A DNA stretch of 64,000 nt from a virus, in IMG/VR virus record IMGVR_UViG_3300032397_000003, positions 1 to 64,000 of that record. The stretch is one strand, 5' to 3'. Made by a program: the position numbers and the translations under genes. Under the pieces are notes generated by a model that saw only the letters and a program-made list of their open reading frames with translations, ran no database searches and was not told the DNA's origin. Shown here piece by piece: positions 8,110 to 17,950 of the stretch. Position 1 is the stretch's first letter. Every line of letters begins with the position of its first letter.

Positions 8110-11100
8110 TAGTTTAATACCTCTATAACTGAATTTGTACTTGTAATAGTATTCCCTGCTCTTGCTGCACTCCATTGATAAGTTGCATTTAATTGACCGG
8201 TTGCTGTTGTATCTATTGTCACTGCTGAAGTAGTTACTATTTGTCTTCCATAGACTGTCATATCTGCTGAAGAAGCCGCATATATAGTAGTTGAACCTTG
8301 TACAAATATAGTACCCGTAGCACCTGTAGTTCTACAAGTCATTATCAGCTCAGCAATAAACAAACTATTTGTTAAAGTTACAGGAAAAGCATCATCAATT
8401 GAACTTGCTACCGTAACACTCCCTACTTTTATTCTAACTGAAGCTGTGTCGGCGGCGGTACAAGATATATGACCATACATTTTAAGTCTTATAGTTTTTC
8501 CTGCTACCCAGAAATTAGCTGGGAGTAATGAAACCCCCACCCCCGTTCCTATTACACTTGTTTCTGTAGTTGTATTCCCAACGGTAGCACTTGCTGTCTG
8601 AGTAAATATAACACCTGACAAACTCTTTGTTATTCCAGCAGATTGCGATCTTATACAGGCTTGAGTTGAATCGTTCCATATGTCACCAGACACCGGACTT
8701 GTCGGAGCTGTTCCAGCATTCATACATAAAGATGCTCTTACTGTAGAACTTGCACCTATGTGTACTAATGCTGTTGGAGCTGTGACGTTCACACCAAGAT
8801 AACCAGCGTTAGATATACGCATTCTTTCCGAGCCATCTGAGGTAAAGTCTCCTACTGTATTGGTTTTAAAATATATAGCACCTTTAACAAGATGTTCTGT
8901 CGCCGAATCATTCTCAACCAATGCCCCGAATCCACAACCTGGAACCCATTCTGCAGCTCTACCACTAGGATCTGGTTTCTCATCTTTCCAACCATAGAAA
9001 TAGAACAGCCCAAGATTGTCACCTTGATTAACTACTACTGGAGATGCTGATGTCCCCCTTGACCTTCTGAAATTCATATAGGGTGATGAACCTGCGGATG
9101 CTGCTGTATATCGTGTTGCCTGAACACCCGTTGTAGAGGCTGTTCCTTCTATATCTAATGCCATTGCTGGTATAGTTGTACCAATACCTAACTTTCCGGC
9201 AAGATAGTTATCTGCTGTTCCTACCATATAAATATTCCATCTATTTGTTGCAGATGCTAAAGATCCATAAAATCCATAATTGTTTGTTGCTCCAGTCATA
9301 GCAGACGGGACGTAATATCCTATTTGGTTAGTAATAGATGAGCCTGAACCAATTGTTGGATTTAATAATGAATAATGATACATTAGATTTAAAGCAAAGG
9401 ATGCAGCTTCTGTTACTGGTGCTGATATAAAAGAATAGGCATTAGAAGTAACATCAGATTTAATAGTTCCGCCTTGATAAACAGCATATTGTGTTGTAGC
9501 TCCAGTCATTGCTTTTGCAAATGTTGCACCTACAGCAGTCGAAGCACTAGTACCCTGAGCAATTCTTCCATCACTATAAAAACGAAATTTCTCTGAAATA
9601 TCTGTTGTTCCATCTGCTGTGGATATTTTTATATCCGCTTTCGGGTAAACTCCAGACTGAGTTCCATTCGCTACTGATTCAATACTAGAACAGATATTTC
9701 CTGTGACATGGTCAGAATCGTTTGAATACCATTGTATTGTTCCATAAACATTAGTTGAAGCTACTATAGTATCATTTCTTTGTAGGGTTATTGTTGGATA
9801 AGTACCTTCTGTCATTCCAGATAAATGTAAACCTATAGATGATCCGAATGTTAATGGTGTTGAAGTGCCTATACCTATATTTCCCAAATTATCTATTCTC
9901 ATTTTCTCGGTTAATGTCCCTGAAGTTAGAGTTGATAATGATAGATATCCTTTAGTTGAAGTATCTATTGCATCATATTTTCTACCAGCTATACCAGCAA
10001 AGGGTACTTGAGTTGTACTGGTGTAAACACCGCCAAGAGTTAATTGTCCGCCTAAATCAATACCTTGTGAATTTGTTGTTCCGATAAAAGCATTACCAAA
10101 TGAATTTGTAATAGTATTGACATCATTTATAGCAAGTTTTTGTACAGGGGAAGTAATACCAATACCAACATTCCCCCCGAAATAATTTATTCCACTTACT
10201 GAATAAATAGAATAATTGTTTGTACTAGCTCCAGATATTCCTCCAATGTAAATACCATATTTTGATGATCCTGTTGCAGTAGTATTTGCAGATAGATTTA
10301 TTCCATATGAAACTGTACTTGCATCTGAATGATACCCATTCATACTTCTTATAGTTAAGCCACTTATTGTTCCAAATTTACCAGCCCCTGTTCCAAAAAT
10401 ACCAAGATCGGCACCGATAAAGTTTGTTACATTCCCTGTTCCTAAAATACCACCAGTAAAAACAAGTCCTGATAGATTGGTTACAAGACCAGCTCCATTG
10501 TTATAGGCAGAACCTGTCATTGCTCTAATATCTGTATGGTTATATACAGATAACCCTGTAGTAGTTACGGTAACAGTTGTAACACATCCAGTAGAACCTG
10601 TGTCTGTAAATGAATTAGTTCCTGTCTTTGCCTCTGCAACTTTTGCTGTTAATGTAACTGTAGCAGAAGCAACTGTAACGGTCCAATTTGTAGTTATAGT
10701 TGCATCCAGATTAAGTGCTGTATTGATCGCTGTTGCAAGAAGATTAACAGTAGTCTCTGTCAAATTACTTACAGCTACAACTGAAGAAACACCTCTAATG
10801 GAAAAAGTAATATTTCCGGCACTAGTTGGTACTACTGTTGCAACAATTCTAATGACTTCTGCTGTCGCTACATTTGTAGATGCATAAGATACAAAGTTTA
10901 CCCCATCTTCTGCTACTGTAACAGCTCCTGTAGTTGCTCCAAAAGTAGATATAAGTGCATAACCTTTTGAAGCAATAGTTGAATTTGAAAGAGTAGTGGC
11001 AGCATCTATTTGACTCGCTGGAGAAGTCATTCCAGCACCTATCCCGACAAATTTTCCAAGGAATATTTTATCACCATAGAACTCGGCAACCGTCCCCGAT

Positions 11101-14100
11101 GTGATAGTGTTAATCGGCGTTGCTGTAAATCGTATAAATGCACCATGATTTGACGGCGTCCAGTTACCAGAAGAGAACGCTCCGAAGCCTGCTTGATTTG
11201 CAAACCGGGATGTTCCATCATATCCACCCATCTGGAAATTAAAAAGAGTATCACTGTCAAGAATCGCTTTCGGACTTGCAATAGTCCCTCTATATTTTAC
11301 TGATCTTATTACATTCGATGTGTTGCTATCATAATAGTCGGACATTTCAAGGACTTGGGCATTACCTTCTTTAATAAAGTCCATATTACCGGAAGAAAAA
11401 GCAGTAGTCCCTACCAATAAATCACCAGCTTCATTTATCTGAAATTTTAGCCCCTGCTCTATAACACTAATATTTGTTATTGATCCATCAAATGTTGAAG
11501 TAGGTGTAAAAATTAAATCAGCATTGTCAGCAAGACAAGTAATTGCTGACATATAATTTCCTGCACCCATAGTAACGGAAACTGCTGCCCCACTCGCTGT
11601 TCCTATTTTTGGAGTTATTGTTCCAACTGTATTTCCAGCAACAGTATAATAAACCTTATATCTCCTACCAGCTTTAATCGAAACTGATGTAAGATTAACA
11701 TTCGCAAGAACAGCATTTGCTGTTGATCCTGATGTGTGGACAAAAGCACCCCCAACAATCGCCCAGTTTGTCCCCGTCCAGTTATTTGCCCCTGAGAAAT
11801 TCCTATCTACGACATTTATTATAAGTTCAGAACTTTCAGCTTTAAATACTTCAAACTTACCTGTTGGAGCTGCTGTACCTATACTAAATTTTCCCGCTGA
11901 AGTAATCCTTGCACGTTCATTAGCTGCAAGTGTTCCACCTGTAAAGAATGTTAAATCTTTTCCAGTAGTAGCTGTACCTATAGATAATACCCCTGAATTT
12001 GTATAGAGATAACCATCATTAGGTCCATTGATAGTCCAAGGAACTCCTGAGAATCCTGAACTGTTTATACCCATATCTATAAATCTTGAAGTATCTGAAC
12101 CATTATCAGCAGTAGCAATCCAATCACTTGAAGCTGAAGCGCCATTACTTAAATTTTGAATATTATTCTGAATATAACTATTCTGAGTATCCCATGTATT
12201 TATTCTCATATTAGGAAAAGTTGGTCCAGTACCCGTTCCATAAACACTTAAAGAACCATCAAGATAAGAAAAATCTGCTTTTGAAACTCCAGCAGGGTCT
12301 TTAATCACTAGAGGTAATCCCGCCTTCATTTGAATTGTTGTAGTTTTTACCGCATAGGAATCATCTATAATAATATTATTTTTATGATATGTTTCCCCTG
12401 AGATACCAACACCACCTGCAAAAATTACACTTGCATCTGTAGTAGAAGTTGCTGCCTTAGTTCCAAGAAAATTTACTTGACCTGTAGTTAAGTTAGTGGA
12501 GTTTCCTCTTATATTTAAAACTCCACTAGCTACAGTGTCTCCTATTATAGTTTGTCCACCAGATTTACCTGTTATAAGATCATTTGATACTGCTTTTACT
12601 GTTTGAGTAACACCATTACCAAAAGTATTATCTCCAGTATTTGTACCACTTGTATTTCCTGCAACAGTATATTGAGCTGCTGTTAAATGGTAATATTCTT
12701 CTGTGGGTACACTTCCAGTTCCCCCTTGTAATCCGGCTAAATTACCATGAAGAGTTATAAGTGGTGATACTATATAAGAATTTCGTGTTGAACCAGAATG
12801 TACAAAATTTACAGTTGTTGTATTATTTGAAGTTGCATACATTATAACCCCAATTTTATCGGTTGCTACAACAGTATAGGCTGGTTGAGTATTAAAAGTA
12901 GTATAAAGAGCATAATTAGTTGTTGTAGAAGTAATTGTAGGACTTATACTACTAAATAATTGTTTCCATACAGAAAATGCAACAGTACTCTCATTAGAAT
13001 ATCCGGAAGGAGTTTCAATAGTTACTACTGTATTTGATGTTCTTGCTGTTATTCTATAAAGTCCTAATGGAGTTTGTAAGTATGAATCTGTAATTATAGT
13101 TTCACCAGTATCTATTTCAGATGTTGCAAAAGGTGTTCCAGTAGAAGCGGTAGCAGTCCTTGAAGTTAATGTTCCTGTTATAGTAACTGTTCCTGATGCT
13201 GGTCTTACTCTTCTAATAGAAGTTGATAAAGTACTTATTCGTCCTCCAGTAGTAGAAGAAACAGAGGCATATTTAGCAAATTCCCAAACTCCTGCATCAA
13301 TATTAGTTCTACCTAATGCAATATTATATAAATAAGCTTCTCCTAATACTGTATTATTTGTACAATTCCAAGCATCAACTATTTCTGAAGCCATATCTGG
13401 TATTTTAGATAAAGTGCATACTTCATTTATATTATTGGTACTTATAGGAATTATTGTTGTATCATTAAAATAAAAATTTATACCATTTGATGCAGAAGAA
13501 GTAGCCGATGCTCCATTTACCCAAGCTGCTCCATTATATCTTAAAATTTGATCTACTGTTGGAGTAACAATATTTGTATCAGACATAGCAGATAATTGAT
13601 TTATTTGTCTTGGATTAACATATATAGAACCTACCGTTGCATTCTTTACTATAACTCTACCAACTCTTGCTATTATAGAAGGTGCTGTGGGAGATATATT
13701 TGTTAATGCTCCAGCAGTAGTATCAGATAAAAATAGATCATCTCCTGTATTCCAAGAATCAGTATTATAATCATGCACTACTCCCCTAACAGTAACAAAT
13801 CCTTCTTCACCTATATTTATATTTTGTGTTAATACCCCTACAACATAAGCAGTTGTAAGAGAATCCCCTTTAGCTAAAGCAATAGTAGGAAATACTCCGG
13901 AAGCTCCTGATAAATATACAACTTGTCCATTTAACATATTTCCAGAAGTATTATTTATTGCTCTAATTAGAGTTTCCTGCCCTATTTGTAAATTAACATC
14001 ATTATCAATATTTACTGAAAGAGTTTTATAAGTATTATCGTAATATAATTTTCCTTCTGAGAAAGCTCCTACAGTTGGATTACTATTGAATTGGAATCCT

Positions 14101-15275
14101 TGTACAGTAGGTTTTCCATTTATTATAGATTGAGGGGTTGTTTGATCTAAATTTAATTTACCTAAATTGAGTTCATTAATACCACCTAAAATATCTTTTT
14201 TTGTAGTAGTTAAAGATGTATCTGTAGAAGAACCTAATTTAACAGCAGTAGAAACATTAGCATCTGTAAATCCCCCACCTATATAAGCAACTCCTGAACC
14301 AATATTTATATTATCATTTAATGTATGAGGATATAATGTAGTAGAAACTCTATTCCATAGATTTTCAGCTCCTACTGAATCATCTACATATTTTTTATTT
14401 GCTACTTGATAATCTGTAGAAGGAACTCCTGAAGATAATGGAATAGATGAAAATGTTTTTATTCCATCTACTGTTTCATTACCTGTAGTATGTACAACAC
14501 TATTATCATTTGCTTTTAATGCTAATTGATCATAAGCTAATTTTTCACTTATATAATGAGTATCATCTGGAATTACTTGAAATGTAGTTCTTTTATTTGC
14601 AACATCTTCAGGAGTAAACCCTAAGGAGGCTTGAGCACCTATATCAGATAATACTTCTGAATATGATCTACCAACTAATCCAGAAGGTGAAAATTTTGCA
14701 TAATCATTATCCACTACTCCTGACATAGTTATTTGAACAGCGTTTGTATCAGCTATTCCAAAAGTTAACGCAGATTGAAATCCGGTATGACCAGAAGTTG
14801 CATAAGATAGGTTAGTTAATACAGAGTGATCTAATGTTCCACCACCTATTCCAATCCAGACTGTACCATCCCATATAAAATTGATAGCACTACCAGGAGT
14901 TATAACAATTGTATTAACTGTTATATTATTTGTTGAAGTATCATTATTTATAACTATAAAAGATTTACCTGATACAATTGAAGTAGGTGCTTGTAGTGTT
15001 TGAGAATTACCTGTAGTAGTAAGAGTAATTACAGTCCCTGAGTAGGCATCTATTTTTAAAGTAGTTACTGCTGCATCTATTGCAGGATCAGTAATAGCAT
15101 CTAGAGTTAAAGCTGTTGTAGGAAAATATACAAGTGTGTTCCAATCACTTGTTCCATTTCCTATTTTCATTTTATATGTATTTGTTTCATATCCCATTTC
15201 CCCTTGTGCAAGGGTAGGATTAGTTAATCCCCAGTTAACAGAAGTGTCTCTTCTTATTTGAAACTGAACTGCCAT
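8109..15275 (-). CDS. Long tail fibre protein with Mtd_N-like N-terminus
   Basis: MAVQFQIRRDTSVNW...NPTLAQGEMGYETNTYKMKIGNG; multiple GNVGIGTTxP repeats; ERMRI hinges; start taken at ATG 15275 after GGAGGAG. Confidence 0.88.
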   Translation of the reverse strand: MAVQFQIRRDTSVNWGLTNPTLAQGEMGYETNTYKMKIGNGTSDWNTLVYFPTTALTLDAITDPAIDAAVTTLKIDAYSGTVITLTTTGNSQTLQAPTSIVSGKSFIVINNDTSTNNITVNTIVITPGSAINFIWDGTVWIGIGGGTLDHSVLTNLSYATSGHTGFQSALTFGIADTNAVQITMSGVVDNDYAKFSPSGLVGRSYSEVLSDIGAQASLGFTPEDVANKRTTFQVIPDDTHYISEKLAYDQLALKANDNSVVHTTGNETVDGIKTFSSIPLSSGVPSTDYQVANKKYVDDSVGAENLWNRVSTTLYPHTLNDNINIGSGVAYIGGGFTDANVSTAVKLGSSTDTSLTTTKKDILGGINELNLGKLNLDQTTPQSIINGKPTVQGFQFNSNPTVGAFSEGKLYYDNTYKTLSVNIDNDVNLQIGQETLIRAINNTSGNMLNGQVVYLSGASGVFPTIALAKGDSLTTAYVVGVLTQNINIGEEGFVTVRGVVHDYNTDSWNTGDDLFLSDTTAGALTNISPTAPSIIARVGRVIVKNATVGSIYVNPRQINQLSAMSDTNIVTPTVDQILRYNGAAWVNGASATSSASNGINFYFNDTTIIPISTNNINEVCTLSKIPDMASEIVDAWNCTNNTVLGEAYLYNIALGRTNIDAGVWEFAKYASVSSTTGGRISTLSTSIRRVRPASGTVTITGTLTSRTATASTGTPFATSEIDTGETIITDSYLQTPLGLYRITARTSNTVVTIETPSGYSNESTVAFSVWKQLFSSISPTITSTTTNYALYTTFNTQPAYTVVATDKIGVIMYATSNNTTTVNFVHSGSTRNSYIVSPLITLHGNLAGLQGGTGSVPTEEYYHLTAAQYTVAGNTSGTNTGDNTFGNGVTQTVKAVSNDLITGKSGGQTIIGDTVASGVLNIRGNSTNLTTGQVNFLGTKAATSTTDASVIFAGGVGISGETYHKNNIIIDDSYAVKTTTIQMKAGLPLVIKDPAGVSKADFSYLDGSLSVYGTGTGPTFPNMRINTWDTQNSYIQNNIQNLSNGASASSDWIATADNGSDTSRFIDMGINSSGFSGVPWTINGPNDGYLYTNSGVLSIGTATTGKDLTFFTGGTLAANERARITSAGKFSIGTAAPTGKFEVFKAESSELIINVVDRNFSGANNWTGTNWAIVGGAFVHTSGSTANAVLANVNLTSVSIKAGRRYKVYYTVAGNTVGTITPKIGTASGAAVSVTMGAGNYMSAITCLADNADLIFTPTSTFDGSITNISVIEQGLKFQINEAGDLLVGTTAFSSGNMDFIKEGNAQVLEMSDYYDSNTSNVIRSVKYRGTIASPKAILDSDTLFNFQMGGYDGTSRFANQAGFGAFSSGNWTPSNHGAFIRFTATPINTITSGTVAEFYGDKIFLGKFVGIGAGMTSPASQIDAATTLSNSTIASKGYALISTFGATTGAVTVAEDGVNFVSYASTNVATAEVIRIVATVVPTSAGNITFSIRGVSSVVAVSNLTETTVNLLATAINTALNLDATITTNWTVTVASATVTLTAKVAEAKTGTNSFTDTGSTGCVTTVTVTTTGLSVYNHTDIRAMTGSAYNNGAGLVTNLSGLVFTGGILGTGNVTNFIGADLGIFGTGAGKFGTISGLTIRSMNGYHSDASTVSYGINLSANTTATGSSKYGIYIGGISGASTNNYSIYSVSGINYFGGNVGIGITSPVQKLAINDVNTITNSFGNAFIGTTNSQGIDLGGQLTLGGVYTSTTQVPFAGIAGRKYDAIDTSTKGYLSLSTLTSGTLTEKMRIDNLGNIGIGTSTPLTFGSSIGLHLSGMTEGTYPTITLQRNDTIVASTNVYGTIQWYSNDSDHVTGNICSSIESVANGTQSGVYPKADIKISTADGTTDISEKFRFYSDGRIAQGTSASTAVGATFAKAMTGATTQYAVYQGGTIKSDVTSNAYSFISAPVTEAASFALNLMYHYSLLNPTIGSGSSITNQIGYYVPSAMTGATNNYGFYGSLASATNRWNIYMVGTADNYLAGKLGIGTTIPAMALDIEGTASTTGVQATRYTAASAGSSPYMNFRRSRGTSASPVVVNQGDNLGLFYFYGWKDEKPDPSGRAAEWVPGCGFGALVENDSATEHLVKGAIYFKTNTVGDFTSDGSERMRISNAGYLGVNVTAPTALVHIGASSTVRASLCMNAGTAPTSPVSGDIWNDSTQACIRSQSAGITKSLSGVIFTQTASATVGNTTTETSVIGTGVGVSLLPANFWVAGKTIRLKMYGHISCTAADTASVRIKVGSVTVASSIDDAFPVTLTNSLFIAELIMTCRTTGATGTIFVQGSTTIYAASSADMTVYGRQIVTTSAVTIDTTATGQLNATYQWSAARAGNTITSTNSVIEVLN

Positions 15276-15276
15276 A

Positions 15277-15465
15277 TTATGCTCCTCCTCCATCTAAAAC
15301 TTGGGAAATTAAATATATACTTGCTGCTGCTCCACCGTCTAATTGGGTTATAGGTACTCCAGAAATAGTTACCCACGTGGTATCTTTTCTTCCATAAGTA
15401 TTTCCATCTGAAGGGGCTTCAGGCACACCACTCCCTGATCCAAAAGCTGTTATTTTTGTTCCCAC
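15277..15465 (-). CDS. Mini-protein with fibritin foldon-like motif
   Basis: GVPEAPSDGNTYGRKDTTWV versus T4 foldon [21 protein letters not shown]; LDGG motifs; GTG start after AAGGA. Confidence 0.7.
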   Translation of the reverse strand: MGTKITAFGSGSGVPEAPSDGNTYGRKDTTWVTISGVPITQLDGGAAASIYLISQVLDGGGA

Positions 15466-15474
15466 AAATTATCC

Positions 15475-15804
15475 TTACTTTGTTTTTGAATATGATAATA
15501 AAATTCTAGCTACTCTATTTGCAATAACTCTTTTCTTTGCTTGAAAAGAAACAGGATTTGATTCTGCAGCTCTTGGTAAATAATCATCTATAGAGTCTAT
15601 TCCGGAAGAAACACCTTCTCCTATCAGATTCATACATAATCCTACATTCATTGCTTTTTTCTTTAAAATAAGTGTAACACATTTAGCAATAGTTTCTTGA
15701 GCATCTTGGGTAGTATTCACCATCATAGAAATTTCTTGCATCTTTTCTGTTTTTTCTAAAAATTGTTCTTTATCATTTGGTTTTTCTACTTTGTATTTTT
15801 TCAT
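15475..15804 (-). CDS. Hypothetical protein (weak leader MKKYK...FLE)
   Basis: 109-aa ORF; GAGGG RBS; TACTAATA at 15829-15836. Confidence 0.7.
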   Translation of the reverse strand: MKKYKVEKPNDKEQFLEKTEKMQEISMMVNTTQDAQETIAKCVTLILKKKAMNVGLCMNLIGEGVSSGIDSIDDYLPRAAESNPVSFQAKKRVIANRVARILLSYSKTK

Positions 15805-15855
15805 AATCCCTCTTATACATTTTATAATTATTAGTATATTTATTTGAAATAAAAT

Positions 15856-15890
15856 AAAAAAGCTACTATTATTTAGATAGTAGCTTTTTT
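15856..15890. terminator. Intrinsic terminator (bidirectional-type)
   Basis: AAAAAAGCTACTAT-7nt-ATAGTAGCTTTTTT perfect inverted repeat. Confidence 0.85.
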
Positions 15891-16014
15891 GTCCTGAGGA
15901 GGCGAAAAGTTTTTCTTCCTTGTCGGGTTAAACATTTAAGTTTCTTAAAACTTTGACCTGTACTCCGGTGCATATATAAACAAGAGAGCACTGTTAGGGA
16001 ACTCTTGTGATAAG

Positions 16015-16419
16015 CTATTTTAAAGAATTCCTATAATTTATAAATTCTAAAGTTAAATTTGAAGATGCTGTAAGTTGATAAGCTTTAATAATAAATTTAT
16101 AACATCTACCAAAACTTGTAAAATCATCTTGTAATGAATAACCTGAAGGGAGTCTTACAAATACAAAAGAGGATGGATTTAAAGTGTACTCAGCATATTC
16201 TTCTGCATCTTTTAAAGATAACCATTCTACACCAGCATTGCAATCATTTATAACTTGTATTTGTTGGGGATATTGATATCTAGTATCTGTATCGCCATTG
16301 ATAGCTGGAATGGTTTTAATAATCTCTATATCTAATTCTATGGGATTCCCTATATTTAAACTAGACGCAGTAATTACCTCTCTCTTATTGATCATTTTGA
16401 AAAAATCCTCTTGTACCAA
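16015..16419 (-). CDS. Putative virion protein, distant paralogue of 16995-17768 pair
   Basis: RYQYPQQIQVIND...EEYAEY...FVRLPSGYSL...LTLEFINYR aligns with paralogues. Confidence 0.6.
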   Translation of the reverse strand: MVQEDFFKMINKREVITASSLNIGNPIELDIEIIKTIPAINGDTDTRYQYPQQIQVINDCNAGVEWLSLKDAEEYAEYTLNPSSFVFVRLPSGYSLQDDFTSFGRCYKFIIKAYQLTASSNLTLEFINYRNSLK

Positions 16420-16985
16420 GGTTTTTTAACATCTTGTTTATTTGATTTTAATTCTTCTATTTCTTGTTTTAACTCATCTCTTAGTGATCTGATTACATTT
16501 AAAATCTCTACATCTTTTAATCTTAAAGATTCTATTTTTTCATCAATACCTGCTATATTAACTTGAATAGCAGTTAGATCATCAAATATTAAGGAGTCTA
16601 TATTTTCTTGAATATCTTTAAACTTATTAACTTTAGAATCTAACATTTTTGCTTCATCTTCTATAGATGTAAATCTATCATACCAAACGGTGGTAAGTTT
16701 ATGTTCTTGATCTTTTAATTTCTGGTCAAAAGAAATTTCTAAAACATCTAATTTTTCCCTTAGATCAATTTCATTGAAGTAGAGTATATCTATTATTTTT
16801 AGATTGTATTCATCTAATCTATCTTTAATATATTCATGCTTTTCTTCTATATCTCTTAAACAATCATTTCTATTTATTTGAATAGTATTAAATACTTCCA
16901 TAAACTGTTCACTATATAAAGAAGTAACTTGAAAATTACTCTCCTCACCAGTATCAGAAATAATTCTTAATTCATTTTGGTTCAT
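16392..16985 (-). CDS. Coiled-coil protein with C-terminal KKPWYKRIF amphipathic motif
   Basis: Heptad-rich, acidic; GGAG RBS. Confidence 0.65.
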   Translation of the reverse strand: MNQNELRIISDTGEESNFQVTSLYSEQFMEVFNTIQINRNDCLRDIEEKHEYIKDRLDEYNLKIIDILYFNEIDLREKLDVLEISFDQKLKDQEHKLTTVWYDRFTSIEDEAKMLDSKVNKFKDIQENIDSLIFDDLTAIQVNIAGIDEKIESLRLKDVEILNVIRSLRDELKQEIEELKSNKQDVKKPWYKRIFSK

Positions 16986-16994
16986 TACAAACTC

Positions 16995-17378
16995 CTATCT
17001 ATTTGGTTGATATCCAATGCACTCAATTGTCATTCCTACCGCTGCTGAAGAACCTGTTGGAGCATATATTAAAACTTTATAAGCTGTAGGCAATATTACA
17101 AGAGCAGTAAGTATTAAAGAAGTTGCTGCTGGTATTGTAAAAAAATCATAGTTAGTTGAATCAGCAGTATAAAGAGCTATCTCTTCATCAGATGAAAATA
17201 TATTAGCTTTTACATCTATACCAGAAGTATTTACAAAATTTATTTTTCTAGGATAATACCTTCTATTTTCAGAAGCCCCTGAAGGACTAGTATCTGCTAT
17301 ATCTAAATATGTTGTTACTATTGTTACTGTATGAGCATCAAGTTGTGCTTTAGTAACTGGAAATATTTTGTTCTTCAT
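16995..17378 (-). CDS. Putative virion protein, tandem paralogue A
   Basis: Shares SPSGA..RRYYPRK.NF.NTSG, NYDFFTIP, IECIGYQP with the neighbour. Confidence 0.7.
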   Translation of the reverse strand: MKNKIFPVTKAQLDAHTVTIVTTYLDIADTSPSGASENRRYYPRKINFVNTSGIDVKANIFSSDEEIALYTADSTNYDFFTIPAATSLILTALVILPTAYKVLIYAPTGSSAAVGMTIECIGYQPNR

Positions 17379-17390
17379 TTAATTCCTCTA

Positions 17391-17768
17391 TTATCTGTAA
17401 GGCTGGTATCCGATGCATTCTATATTCATTCCTGTAGAAGCTGTACCTGATCCTATTACTTTTATTTGATATGCAGTAGGTAATATAGAAGATGCTGTTA
17501 GTATTAAACTAGTTCCATTCGGAATAGTAAAGAAATCATAGTTTGTAGGAGAACCTGAATAAGCCATTATTTCTGCATCAGAACTAAATATATTTGCACT
17601 TATAGTTGTACCCGAAGTATTAAGAAAATTTACTTTTCTAGGATAATACCTTCTTGCTTCATATGCGCCAGAAGGACTTACATCATTGATGTCTATATAA
17701 GTATCGATTGATTTTTCTAAACCAGAATCAATCTCCGCTTTACTCACCGTAAAAACTTTATTTTTCAT
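17391..17768 (-). CDS. Putative virion protein, tandem paralogue B
   Basis: Same motifs as paralogue A; TACTAATA at 17800-17807. Confidence 0.7.
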   Translation of the reverse strand: MKNKVFTVSKAEIDSGLEKSIDTYIDINDVSPSGAYEARRYYPRKVNFLNTSGTTISANIFSSDAEIMAYSGSPTNYDFFTIPNGTSLILTASSILPTAYQIKVIGSGTASTGMNIECIGYQPYR

Positions 17769-17950
17769 TTATGTATTTCCTCATTAAACCTATTTTAATT
17801 ATTAGTAAGAAATGTTTTCTTTTTCCATTTTGTTTCTAATTTCCCTTATTCTTTGAATAGTCTCCTGATAGTCATCTAACATATCAGGAGATAAAGCATA
17901 CTGCTTTTGTATATTTTTAAGATGCTCATATTCTCTATTTAGTTGGTCTA

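Noticed and set aside
8109-15293. DGR-driven tropism switching suggested by the Mtd_N-like N-terminus
   Set aside because: No template/variable repeat pair or RT in the window; Mtd_N occurs in many non-DGR fibres
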